Part shown: piece by piece, positions 39,406-48,458 of the stretch
How the letters are laid out: each line of letters starts with the position of its first letter
Position numbering within the stretch: position 1 is the first letter of the stretch
Assembly: GCA_022653695.1 (NCBI GenBank)
Contig: JALCSW010000004.1
Span: forward strand, 15,578-79,577
Reading direction: 5' to 3'
DNA length: 64,000 nucleotides
Origin: Bacilli bacterium
Lineage (GTDB): Bacteria > Bacillota_I > Bacilli_A > RFN20 > CAG-826
Translations under genes and position numbers: made by a program
The notes under the pieces: generated by a model
The model's database searches: none
The model's input: only the letters and a program-made list of their open reading frames with translations
Told to the model about the DNA's origin: nothing

Positions 39406-40093
39406 ATTCGCGGTCATCTTTTTGGAACAGGAAAAGGCGGTCGAAGGGGCCTTTCGGAAGCCTTTGAAACTCGGCGCGCTTCCTGAAGATGAGACCCTTG
39501 AAAGCCTCGATCCAGTCTTTGTCCGGACGGTTGTTGCTTCGGAAAACCCCGCCGATATGGATTTCGCCTTTTCCGTTGGTCGCGCCTCCGATTCGTTTGC
39601 GGATCCCTTCGTCGATAAGGAAATTGACTTTGAGGATCAAATGGCCGCCCTTCTCAAGGAGGCGCTCGATTTCTATGGCGTATTCCAAAGCGTTCTTAAA
39701 CGGGATGACGTCGAGGAAGTTGCTGCAAATGAAGAGACCGACGCTTTCGGAGGGCAAAGAACGCAGAGCCTCGATTCGGCCGACCTTGAAGGAAACGTTC
39801 TTCAGCCCGCTTTTTTTGGCGGAGCCTTCGGCGAAGGCGACCGCGTTCCCCGAAGCGTCAAAGCCTAGGCAAACCGAAGCGGGGCAGATGAGGGCCGCAT
39901 CGAGCAGAACCGAGCCTTCCCCGCATCCAAAGTCCACGATCTTTTGGGCTGAGGGGCCGTATTCCCCGATCCAGCTTTCAAGGGGCTCGCCCATCTTCAC
40001 GTCTTCGTGAGTCAACTTCATCGGCGCGACGCCTTTGAAAGCGTTATCCCAGAATTCCTCGATTTTTTGGCTTTCGTTCATAGTTCTTTCCAT
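39404..40093 (-). CDS. Class I SAM-dependent methyltransferase
   Basis: IVDFGCGEG, GFDAS, LLEKGGHLI. Confidence 0.85.
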   Translation of the reverse strand: MERTMNESQKIEEFWDNAFKGVAPMKLTHEDVKMGEPLESWIGEYGPSAQKIVDFGCGEGSVLLDAALICPASVCLGFDASGNAVAFAEGSAKKSGLKNVSFKVGRIEALRSLPSESVGLFICSNFLDVIPFKNALEYAIEIERLLEKGGHLILKVNFLIDEGIRKRIGGATNGKGEIHIGGVFRSNNRPDKDWIEAFKGLIFRKRAEFQRLPKGPFDRLFLFQKDDRE

Positions 40094-40106
40094 CCGATTA
40101 TAAAGG

Positions 40107-40145
40107 AAAAAAAAGAAAAAGGCCCAAGTTTCTCGCTTGGGCCTT
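40107..40145 (-). terminator. Intrinsic terminator after the PAI-like gene
   Basis: AAGGCCCAAG/CTTGGGCCTT stem with a long T-run on the minus strand. Confidence 0.8.
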
Positions 40146-40161
40146 CATAAGGCTAAAACGC

Positions 40162-41553
40162 TTAGAAGAAGCGCCCGATGAGGTCACGCGAGGCCTCGCA
40201 GGTTTCTTCCATGTCGCCGAAGGCCATGACTTCGCCGGCATAGTAGGTGTTGTCCTTGCCTTGCATGGCATCTACTTTGTCATACCAGCCGGCGGCGTAA
40301 TCGGCGGGGCTGAGGTGGGGGCAGTAGTAGCTTTCCTCCTCGAGCTCGACTTTGGAAACCGGGCAACCGCAGATGGCCATGTCATCAAGCGTGGTCTTGC
40401 GGGCGTAATCATAGCTCACGTCCTTGTCGCCCTGGTGGTTGCGAAGGGTGTAGGTGATGATGAGCTGGTCTTTGACGTCGCACCAGCGGTGGTAATAAAC
40501 CATCATGTGGCCGCGGCGCGACGGAACCATGTTATCGAAGAAGTAAGCCGATATTTGCGGGCATTTTCCCTTCTCGACCCAGTTGGCCATCGAGATGTAT
40601 TTCTCGTGGATGATCTTCCCAAAGAGGTCTTTCTCCTCCTTGCGGGCATCCGCGATTTTGGCGAACCAGTCGAGCGGAATGGTGACGATGAGTTTGTCGA
40701 AGACTTCCTCTTTTCCGTTGACCGTGACGGTGACTTTGCCACCTTTGCGGACGACTTTAGTCACTTCGCTGTTGAGGTTGGCCTTATGAAGAAGGTGGTT
40801 GTTGACCCCCTCCCAAATGGCCTGAGTGCCATCCTTCCACGTCCAAAGCCTCATGTTGACGAACTCGAGCGTGGTGGCCACGTCGAGGTATTTCATGACG
40901 TAAGCGGCGGGAACTTCGTCAAAGAAGCCATAGCCGAAACTGGTGAACGGGGCGATCCAGATCCTCATGACCGGTTCGATTTTGTTCAATTTGCAGAATT
41001 CGGTGAACGGAAGGGCCAGATCCTTGAGGTTCGGGTTCGTGCCTTCCACGTGTTGCATGTGGTTCTCAGACAGTTTTGACAGGCCTTCGTATTTGCCGTC
41101 CGCGACCCCGCGGTGGCCGTTCACGTCGTAGCCGGCGTATTTGGTCTCCATGAGCTTCGCCAGTCTCTTGACGGATTTCTTGAGTTTAAGAAGGCCGAAA
41201 AGCTTTTTGAAGGAGAAGTCCTTTTTCGGATCGAAAGGGAAGACTTCCTTTCCTTCGTTGTTTTTGTAGATGCGGGCCATTTCCGGTCCGTCGTGGGTCG
41301 TTCCGCCGAAAATCTCGGCTTCGTTGACGGCCCAGTAGGTTTTGGCGCCCATGATCGCGCCCATCTCGATGGTACGCTTGTTCTTTTCGTCGCCATCGAC
41401 CGGGAATTTCGGCGACCAGCATTTGCCGCCGACGCGATTGTCCTTTTCGTAGATGACGTAGTTTTTGTATCCCTTTTTCTCGAGATACATAGCGGCCGTG
41501 ACGCCAGCCGGGCCACCGCCGATGATGCAGATTCTCTCGTCTAGTTTTGCCAT
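40162..41553 (-). CDS. FAD-dependent polyunsaturated fatty acid (linoleate) isomerase, PAI-like
   Basis: Colinear with C. acnes PAI as recalled: IIGGGPAG, VGGKCWSP, EMGAIMG, PFTSFGYG, VPAAYVMKYLD, LWTWKDGTQA, GHMMVYYHRW, AGWYDKV, MQG, YAGE. Confidence 0.85.
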   Translation of the reverse strand: MAKLDERICIIGGGPAGVTAAMYLEKKGYKNYVIYEKDNRVGGKCWSPKFPVDGDEKNKRTIEMGAIMGAKTYWAVNEAEIFGGTTHDGPEMARIYKNNEGKEVFPFDPKKDFSFKKLFGLLKLKKSVKRLAKLMETKYAGYDVNGHRGVADGKYEGLSKLSENHMQHVEGTNPNLKDLALPFTEFCKLNKIEPVMRIWIAPFTSFGYGFFDEVPAAYVMKYLDVATTLEFVNMRLWTWKDGTQAIWEGVNNHLLHKANLNSEVTKVVRKGGKVTVTVNGKEEVFDKLIVTIPLDWFAKIADARKEEKDLFGKIIHEKYISMANWVEKGKCPQISAYFFDNMVPSRRGHMMVYYHRWCDVKDQLIITYTLRNHQGDKDVSYDYARKTTLDDMAICGCPVSKVELEEESYYCPHLSPADYAAGWYDKVDAMQGKDNTYYAGEVMAFGDMEETCEASRDLIGRFF

Positions 41554-41894
41554 AGTTGCAAGATCTCCTTTCGATAAAGATAAACTGATTGGCTTTTTTC
41601 ATTATATGCTTCTCGTCATTAGACGAGGAAGTTTTTGGGACATTTGTTTATTTTCACGCTTTTTTCATCTTGTTTCAGCGGCATAATCGCGCGACGGGTT
41701 TCGCCGAAAGCGGTCTGTCTCGCCTCGTCGGCGCCCCTTTTGTTGATGCTCTGATTTTTCGGGCGCAATCCTCAGCGGATCTTCACTTTAATAAGGGATT
41801 TCCTCTTTGATAGGGGGTTAGGTTTTTGGATAATTGTGATGATTTTCCGTTTCGCGAGGTCTATGATGTAACGATTTCCTGAGGGAGGGAGAAT

Positions 41895-42674
41895 ATGTAC
41901 GAGAAAGAACTAGCCGCGATGATCAAGGCCGCCTTCGACGCGGAAAAAGTCATCATGGGCGTTTACGCCAAGCCGTTCGCCGTTGAGATCAAAAGCGACG
42001 ATTCCCCCGTCACCGACGCCGACAAGGGAGCCGATTCCCTGATCCGCCGGGAGTTAAGGAAGGCCTTCCCCCAGTATGCGTTTCTGACCGAGGAGAGCAA
42101 AGACGACAAAACCCGTCTCGCTAATGATTGCGTGTTCATCGTCGATCCCGTCGACGGAACGAAGGAATTCGTTTCGCGTAACGGCGAATTCTGCACCAAC
42201 ATCGCGTTGTCTTTTAAGCACGAGGCGGTAGTGGGCGTCATCAACATCCCGGTCAGGCATGCCCTTTATTTCGCCGTCAAAGGCCAAGGCGCCTTCCGTC
42301 TTGAGGACGGCAAGGAACCGGTTCGCATCCACGTTTCCTCGAAGGATGGCAATCTGACCGCCCTGCGCAGCATCTCCTTTTTCACCGAGGCGGAAGAGGC
42401 CCTCATCCGTAAGCATAAGGATAGAATCACCCACGTCGAGAAACTCGGCGCGGCCCTTAAATTTTGCGCGATCGCCGAAGGGAAGGCCGAGGTTTCCTAT
42501 CGCATGAGCCCCTCCACCAAGGAATGGGACATCGCCGCCGGAACCATCATTCTGAAGGAGGCGGGCGGAGTGATCGAGAAACCGGACGGCACCGAATACG
42601 CCTTCAACCGCGACGACGTCTATAACCGCGATGGCTATATGCTCGCGAACAAGCGCTCTAATCTGCTCTTCTGA
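41895..42674 (+). CDS. cysQ: 3'(2'),5'-bisphosphate nucleotidase CysQ (inositol monophosphatase family)
   Basis: KSDDSPVTDAD, VDPVDGTKEF, EWDIAAG. Confidence 0.9.
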   Translation: MYEKELAAMIKAAFDAEKVIMGVYAKPFAVEIKSDDSPVTDADKGADSLIRRELRKAFPQYAFLTEESKDDKTRLANDCVFIVDPVDGTKEFVSRNGEFCTNIALSFKHEAVVGVINIPVRHALYFAVKGQGAFRLEDGKEPVRIHVSSKDGNLTALRSISFFTEAEEALIRKHKDRITHVEKLGAALKFCAIAEGKAEVSYRMSPSTKEWDIAAGTIILKEAGGVIEKPDGTEYAFNRDDVYNRDGYMLANKRSNLLF

Positions 42675-42750
42675 TCACAGAAGGGGATACAAGTGTAGCT
42701 TTGCCCCCTTTTCGGTTATAATCCTTTGGGTAAAAGGAAGGCGAGGGCGC

Positions 42751-42996
42751 ATGCATTTCAAGAAATCGATCGACGGACTTCCGCATATCGTCAAAATCGT
42801 TTTGGCGATCGTTCCGTTCCTTGACCTCGTCTTCGTCGTCGCCCGCCTCGTCTATGACGTGGAAAACAAAAAGGCAATACCCCTTATTTTGGACATTCTC
42901 TGCTTTTTCGGCCTTGGGGTTCTCACTTGGATCATGGACATCGTCGACACCATCTTCGCGAATCGGATCTTCCTTTGGGAGGACTGGATCGCCTGA
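42751..42996 (+). CDS. Small membrane protein
   Basis: 81 aa with hydrophobic segments; purine-rich RBS. Confidence 0.65.
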   Translation: MHFKKSIDGLPHIVKIVLAIVPFLDLVFVVARLVYDVENKKAIPLILDILCFFGLGVLTWIMDIVDTIFANRIFLWEDWIA

Positions 42997-43062
42997 TTCG
43001 CCCCAAATAAAAAAACGCCGCCTATTTAGGCGACGCTTATGTTGAAAAACCGTCCCGTTTTT

Positions 43063-43380
43063 TTATTTCTTTTCTTCGTTGACATTCTCTTTGGCGGCTT
43101 TTTGCCTTTCGCGCTCCGTGTAAGCGTCGAGGATGTCCTGAGGGACCTCGCCCGAAGCGTCGACGCGGATGATGCCGGGGACCTCTTCCATCAGGATGAT
43201 CTCAACGCCGGCGGTGATGTCGTTATCCATGTAGATGCAGCCTTCGCAGGCCCCCATCATCCGGAGATAAACGACGCCGTCCTTGAAGCCGATATAGACG
43301 ACGTCGCCCCCGTCCCGTTGCAGGAAAGGGCGGACTTTGTCGAGGACGCGTTCGATTTGCTGGTCTTTGGTTTCGGTCAT
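43063..43380 (-). CDS. NifU/NfuA C-terminal domain Fe-S carrier
   Basis: VRPFLQRDGGDV, GACEGC. Confidence 0.92.
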   Translation of the reverse strand: MTETKDQQIERVLDKVRPFLQRDGGDVVYIGFKDGVVYLRMMGACEGCIYMDNDITAGVEIILMEEVPGIIRVDASGEVPQDILDAYTERERQKAAKENVNEEKK

Positions 43381-43540
43381 GGTTGCCTAGTTATTCTAGG
43401 TTCGGGCGCGCCCGTTGACAAGCGAAGCGATCCTCAAATCGGGGAAAAGCGCCATCTCGTTCCACGAAAACGCCCGATCGCGATCGAATTTCCGTTTTTT
43501 CGTGACTTCATCCGCGTTCCCCATATAATAATGGCGCTCC

Positions 43541-43933
43541 ATGGCTAAAGACGCTTTCCCGAAGCTGGGATTGGCCCAGCGCAAGACCCTCAGTGCCGTT
43601 TCCCTTCTTGAGGAAAAAGGCTTTTTCGGTTCTTCGGAGGGGCTCAGCAAGATCTTCGTCGGCCTTGCCGACATGGAGAGCCGTCCCTTTAAGGATCTTG
43701 CCTGCTATGGATATTGGCCCTCTTTAAGCAAGAAAAAGATTAAGGGGCGCCTTACTCAGCTCGTGCGGAAAGGATGCCTCAGAAACGTTTGGGTGGCGTC
43801 GGAGAACGATTATTTCCTCCGCCTCACCGAAATGGGTCGGGCTCTCGCCGCCACGGTGAGGCTGAGGAAGAAGCCGTTGCCTCAGGCTTCGGCCCGCACC
43901 ATCATTCATTTGGAAAAGGAGAAAAAAGAATGA
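43541..43933 (+). CDS. Stand-alone winged-helix protein resembling the RecQ RQC domain
   Basis: YG...LSKKKI...LTQLVRKGCL...LRLTEMG pattern; TGA overlaps the peptidase ATG. Confidence 0.55.
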   Translation: MAKDAFPKLGLAQRKTLSAVSLLEEKGFFGSSEGLSKIFVGLADMESRPFKDLACYGYWPSLSKKKIKGRLTQLVRKGCLRNVWVASENDYFLRLTEMGRALAATVRLRKKPLPQASARTIIHLEKEKKE

Positions 43934-45642
43934 AAAAAGAATTGGCGAATTTCGAGGACTGGCCCTATAAGGTCCCCTCTATCAAAGGCTCGATCAGGAA
44001 GATCGGCGTTTTGCGCGCGGAGTTCAACGCCGCGAAAACGCCGCAGGAGGCCTTCTCGGCCTTCAAGAAAATGGAGCGTTTCGGGGATAAAATGGCTGAC
44101 GATTGCACCCATGTTCAGGTGCTCTATTCCCTCGACACCACGAACAAGGCCTACGAAAAGGGCATGAACGTCCTTAACGAGGGGCTTCCGTTATTGAACG
44201 CTGCCTCGGTCGAGTTCACGAAGGATGTGCTGAAGAGCCCCTTCCGCGCGTATTTGGAGAAAAAACTGGGCACGTTCATCTTCACGATGTACGAATACCA
44301 GCTCAAAGGCTTCGACGAGAAAATCATCCCCGAGATGACCGAGGAAAACAAACTCACCATGCAGTACGGGGCGGCCATCGCCTCCTGCAAAGTGGAGTTT
44401 CGGGGCAAGACCTATAACCTGCCCCAAATGGGCAAGTTCATGCAGGACAGCGACCGAGCCACCCGCAAGGAGGCCTCGAAAGCCTACTATTCCTACCTCT
44501 TGACCCGCAAGGACGAACTGGAGGGGATATTCGCCAAACTCGTCAAGATTCGCGATTCCATGGCGAAGAAACTCGGTTATGAATCCTATACCGATTTGGC
44601 GTACATCCACATGAACCGCTTCGACTACACGCCGGAGATGGTGAAGGGCTATCGTGATCAGATCGCGGAAGTGGTGACCCCTTTAGCCAACAAACTTATG
44701 CGCGAGCAAGCCAAACGGACGGGAATTCGCACCCCTAAGATCTATGACTTGTCCTTCGCTTTCAAAAGCGGCAACCCGATCCCCCTCGGCTCGACCGAGG
44801 AAAAAGTGGCCCACGCCAAAAAGATGTACAAGGAACTCAGCCCCGACACCGATTATTTCTTCAATTTCATGGCTGACCATCACCTCTTCTTTTTGGAGGC
44901 CAAGCCTGGCAAGCAAAGCGGGGGCTATATGACTTACTTCCCGGTCCATAAGTGCCCGATCATCTTCTCGAACTTCAACGGAACCTCGGGCGACGTGGAC
45001 GTTTTGACCCACGAATTCGGCCACTGCTTCCAAGCCTACATGGCCCGGAACATCAAAATCCCCGAGTACCGTTCCCCGACGATGGAAAGCTGCGAGATCG
45101 ATTCGATGTCGATGGAGTTCTTCGCCGAGCCGTGGATGAACCTTTTCTTCGATGAGCCCGACAAATACCGCTACAAGCATCTCGCCGAATCGATCGAGTT
45201 CCTGCCATACGGGGCCACGGTCGACGAGTTCCAGCATTGGGTTTATGCCCATCCGGAGGCCACGAACGTCGAACGGGATGAGGAATGGGCCGCCCTCGAG
45301 AGCAAATACACGCCTTACAAGGCGAAAGCCAAGGAAGGCTGCCCCGAGGCTCAGGCGGTCCCGCGGTGGATCACCCAAGGCCACATCTTTGAGAGCCCGT
45401 TCTATTACATCGACTACACTTTGGCTCAGGTTTTGGCTTTTGAGTTCTTCAATTTGGACCGCAAGGACCATGAGAGGGCCTGGAAACGCTACCTCAAGCT
45501 TTGCAAGATGGGTGGCAAGTACCCCTTCATCACGCTGATAAAGAAAGACGGCCTCAAGAACCCCTTTGAACCAGGGGTTCTTGCGAAGACCATCCGACCG
45601 CTGAGGAAAGTCTTGGCAGACTATCACGCCGAGCGGTTTTAG
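43930..45642 (+). CDS. M3 family oligoendopeptidase (PepF-like)
   Basis: GKQSGGYMT, THEFGHCFQ, EIDSMSMEF, PFYYIDY. Confidence 0.93.
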   Translation: MKKELANFEDWPYKVPSIKGSIRKIGVLRAEFNAAKTPQEAFSAFKKMERFGDKMADDCTHVQVLYSLDTTNKAYEKGMNVLNEGLPLLNAASVEFTKDVLKSPFRAYLEKKLGTFIFTMYEYQLKGFDEKIIPEMTEENKLTMQYGAAIASCKVEFRGKTYNLPQMGKFMQDSDRATRKEASKAYYSYLLTRKDELEGIFAKLVKIRDSMAKKLGYESYTDLAYIHMNRFDYTPEMVKGYRDQIAEVVTPLANKLMREQAKRTGIRTPKIYDLSFAFKSGNPIPLGSTEEKVAHAKKMYKELSPDTDYFFNFMADHHLFFLEAKPGKQSGGYMTYFPVHKCPIIFSNFNGTSGDVDVLTHEFGHCFQAYMARNIKIPEYRSPTMESCEIDSMSMEFFAEPWMNLFFDEPDKYRYKHLAESIEFLPYGATVDEFQHWVYAHPEATNVERDEEWAALESKYTPYKAKAKEGCPEAQAVPRWITQGHIFESPFYYIDYTLAQVLAFEFFNLDRKDHERAWKRYLKLCKMGGKYPFITLIKKDGLKNPFEPGVLAKTIRPLRKVLADYHAERF

Positions 45643-45828
45643 TCAGCTGGCTAGGGAGCGCCCGGTTGGCCCGCTACCCCAATATCGGGGGAACTCGGCG
45701 CTTCCTAACAGGGCACAATAACCCTTTTCGAGGAGGCAAAAAAGCGAAATTACCTCAAGGTAATATGTAATCGCTTTTTCCTTACCGTTTGGTAAAGGGC
45801 GACACACCCCGCCTTTCGCCTTCAGGAT

Positions 45829-45866
45829 AAAAAAAGCCCACGGACGATTGCCGTGGGCTTTGTTTT
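45829..45866. terminator. Bidirectional terminator
   Basis: AAAAAAAGCCCACGG...CCGTGGGCTTTGTTTT. Confidence 0.8.
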
Positions 45867-45875
45867 CGAAGGCCC

Positions 45876-46763
45876 TTATTTGACGGAGGCTTCGTAGATG
45901 GACTTGATCGAGGCGCCGAGTTTCTCGGTGAACTCCTCGTCGCTCATCTGGGCGGTGAGCCCTTCGGAGAGGGCGCGGCTGAACGAGGCGATCATCCCGT
46001 GGTTGCGGGCGAGGATCTCATTGGCTTCCTTTTGAGAGTAGCCGCCGCTCAGGGCGACGACGCGGACGCAGCAGGGGAGGTCGTTGAGTTCGTCGTAGAA
46101 GCCGTCGACGGTCGGAAGGGAAAGCTTGAACATGACTTTCTGCTCCGGGGCGAGTCTCTTCGCGTGGGCGATGAGCTCTTTCTTGAGGATGGCTTCGGCT
46201 TCTTTTTTGTCGGCGATCGTGATGGTGACCTCCGGCTCGATGATCGGAACCATGTGGTGCGCGATGACCTTCATGGCCACCTCAAACTGCTGATCGACGA
46301 CTTTGTGGATGCCTTCTTCGGCCGCTTTGTTGATGACCGAGCGCTCCTTGGTGCCGAAAATCCCGAAAGTCTCGCCCCTGCTAAGCAGGGTGTCGAGGGT
46401 TGGCATCGGTTTCATGAGGCGGACGCCGCCTTCTTCCTCGGCGAGGCCGTTATCGATTTTCAAGAACGGGACGACGCTTTTCTTCTCCCACAGGTATTGG
46501 GCTGAGGGGATCCCCTCGATCTTGCGTTCCATCGTCGCCTTGAAGAGGATGGCGCCGAGGATGCGGTCGCCGTTGAATTCCTTGTTGGTGACGATGCGGG
46601 TCCTCATCTGATGGACGAGGTCGAACATCTCTTCCTCGTTGCTCCAGGCGTCTTCCTTGATGCCGTAAAGGGCGAGGGCTTTCGGGGTGCTGCCGCCGGA
46701 CTGGTCGAGGGCGGCGATGAAGCCCTTGCCGGAATGCATCTTTTCTAATTGTTTGGCTGACAT
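45876..46763 (-). CDS. Fructose-bisphosphate aldolase class I (Staphylococcus type)
   Basis: GFIAALDQSGGSTPKAL, FGTKERSVI, PIIEPEV, ALSGGY, ASFSRAL. Confidence 0.95.
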   Translation of the reverse strand: MSAKQLEKMHSGKGFIAALDQSGGSTPKALALYGIKEDAWSNEEEMFDLVHQMRTRIVTNKEFNGDRILGAILFKATMERKIEGIPSAQYLWEKKSVVPFLKIDNGLAEEEGGVRLMKPMPTLDTLLSRGETFGIFGTKERSVINKAAEEGIHKVVDQQFEVAMKVIAHHMVPIIEPEVTITIADKKEAEAILKKELIAHAKRLAPEQKVMFKLSLPTVDGFYDELNDLPCCVRVVALSGGYSQKEANEILARNHGMIASFSRALSEGLTAQMSDEEFTEKLGASIKSIYEASVK

Positions 46764-46840
46764 ATTGAAATTGATCTATTTCCTTTCGGTGATATTCTAT
46801 CGCATCTTCCTTCCTCTTACATAGTAAGAGATTTCGGGGC

Positions 46841-48328
46841 TCACTCCCCGAACTTCGCGGTGAGGTAACGGATATAGGGCTCCGATGTCAGCGGGGAGCC
46901 CGTCACCTTCCTGGTCCAATCCCCCGGTTCCATCCAGTCGTAGCGGAAATCGTTGTCCGCGAACCATTTGAGGATCGCCGCGAAATCGCCTTTCCGCAGG
47001 CGTTCCCTGAAACCGATGTCCCTCTCCATCCTTTCCTCGATCATGGCGCCGTAGATGTTGCCCAAGGCGTAAGAGGGGAAGTATCCCCATAAGGCTTCCG
47101 ACCAATGAGTGTCCTGCATGCAGCCGTCTTTGTCGTCAGGAACCTCGACGCCGAGGTATTCGCGGTATTTCCTTTTCCAGATGGCGGGTACGTCCCCGCC
47201 TTCGATTTTCCCGTTGATGAGGTCGCGCTCGATCTCGTAACGGATGATGATGTGGAGGCAATAGGAAAGCTCGTCGGCCTCGCAACGGATGAGCCACGGC
47301 TCGATTTTGTTGAGGAGCCGGTAGAAGGTGAGGTCGTCGATCCCCGCGATTTCGGGGTCGAGGGTCTCCGCGGCCGCCTTTTTTAAGAAGGGCGCGAATT
47401 CCTCGCTCCGCCCGACGATGTTCTCATAGAAACGGCTGTGGGTTTCGCAGATGGCCGCGGTGGCCGCCGATTCGACGTAATTGCCGTACATCTCCCGCGG
47501 CTTGTTCTGGAATTCCAGGCAGTGGCCCCCTTCGTGCAGGCACGTGAAGACGTTGCTCCGCCAATCCTCGACGAGGAATTTGGTGGTCAGGCGGGCGTCG
47601 TGGCGGAAATCGTCGTTGCTGAAAGGATGGGCGCTTTCCATGAGGCAGCCCCCTTGGAGGTCGTAACCGATAATGGAGAGCATGCGGTAAGATAGTTCCT
47701 TTTGCTTGGAGACGGGGTAAGCCTTGATCGGGGGCAAGGCATAGGTTTTCTGTTTCCTTTTGGCTATGGCGAGCAATTCGACCAGCCGCTTTTTGAGCGG
47801 GAGGAAAATCGCGTCAAGGTACTCTTCGGTCTCGCCCGGCTCATAATTGTCAAGGCAGGCGTCGTAGCGGGTCTTCATGCCCGGCTTGCGTTCCAAATCC
47901 GCCACATGGCGCGACAGATCGATCAGTTTCTGCCAATAAGGGAGCCAACTCCCGAAATCGTCGGCGGGGCGATATTTCCGCCACATCTCGTTGGACAAAC
48001 TGATGGCTGATTGGTATTTCGCGTAATCCTCGAGCGGCATTTTCCCAAGGAGCTCGACTTCGTTGAAAAGCATGCGGAAAAGGCGTTTTTCCATGGGGGA
48101 GGCGCTAGGATCGCTTAGCCCTTCCTTGACAAGCCGGGCGTATTCCTCGTTTTGGCATATCTCCGCCATCTGGCCGGAATAGTAGTCGAGGAGACTAGCT
48201 TCATCGCCGAGGCCTTTCTCGGGGCAAAGCGTCGCGATGTCATAGTAAAGAATGGCGTTCGTGTGCTTGAGGCGCCGTTCCTTTTCTAGATAAGGCAGAA
48301 GTTTCTTGAAGGCTGAGCAATGGTTCAT
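46841..48328 (-). CDS. Carboxypeptidase M32 family
   Basis: HPF, HEGGH, HSRFYEN, IRCEADE, GCMQDTHW, GYFPSYALG. Confidence 0.93.
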   Translation of the reverse strand: MNHCSAFKKLLPYLEKERRLKHTNAILYYDIATLCPEKGLGDEASLLDYYSGQMAEICQNEEYARLVKEGLSDPSASPMEKRLFRMLFNEVELLGKMPLEDYAKYQSAISLSNEMWRKYRPADDFGSWLPYWQKLIDLSRHVADLERKPGMKTRYDACLDNYEPGETEEYLDAIFLPLKKRLVELLAIAKRKQKTYALPPIKAYPVSKQKELSYRMLSIIGYDLQGGCLMESAHPFSNDDFRHDARLTTKFLVEDWRSNVFTCLHEGGHCLEFQNKPREMYGNYVESAATAAICETHSRFYENIVGRSEEFAPFLKKAAAETLDPEIAGIDDLTFYRLLNKIEPWLIRCEADELSYCLHIIIRYEIERDLINGKIEGGDVPAIWKRKYREYLGVEVPDDKDGCMQDTHWSEALWGYFPSYALGNIYGAMIEERMERDIGFRERLRKGDFAAILKWFADNDFRYDWMEPGDWTRKVTGSPLTSEPYIRYLTAKFGE

Positions 48329-48458
48329 GTTAACGATCCTTTCATCTCGATTATGATGCCATAATCGCGGGAAAGATAAAGCGGAGAGCGGTTCCGCGCT
48401 CCCATTTTGGTTAGACAAACGGGGGGAAAGCATTAGAATTAATCTTATATATCATCAG

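Noticed and set aside
41554-41894. 340-bp divergent intergenic region as an ncRNA or small ORF
   Set aside because: Only promoter-like AT tracts and a short hairpin; nothing I can support further.
45745-45775. dif-like site (ATATGTAATC resembles a XerD arm)
   Set aside because: The left arm and spacing do not fit the 11-6-11 dif consensus.
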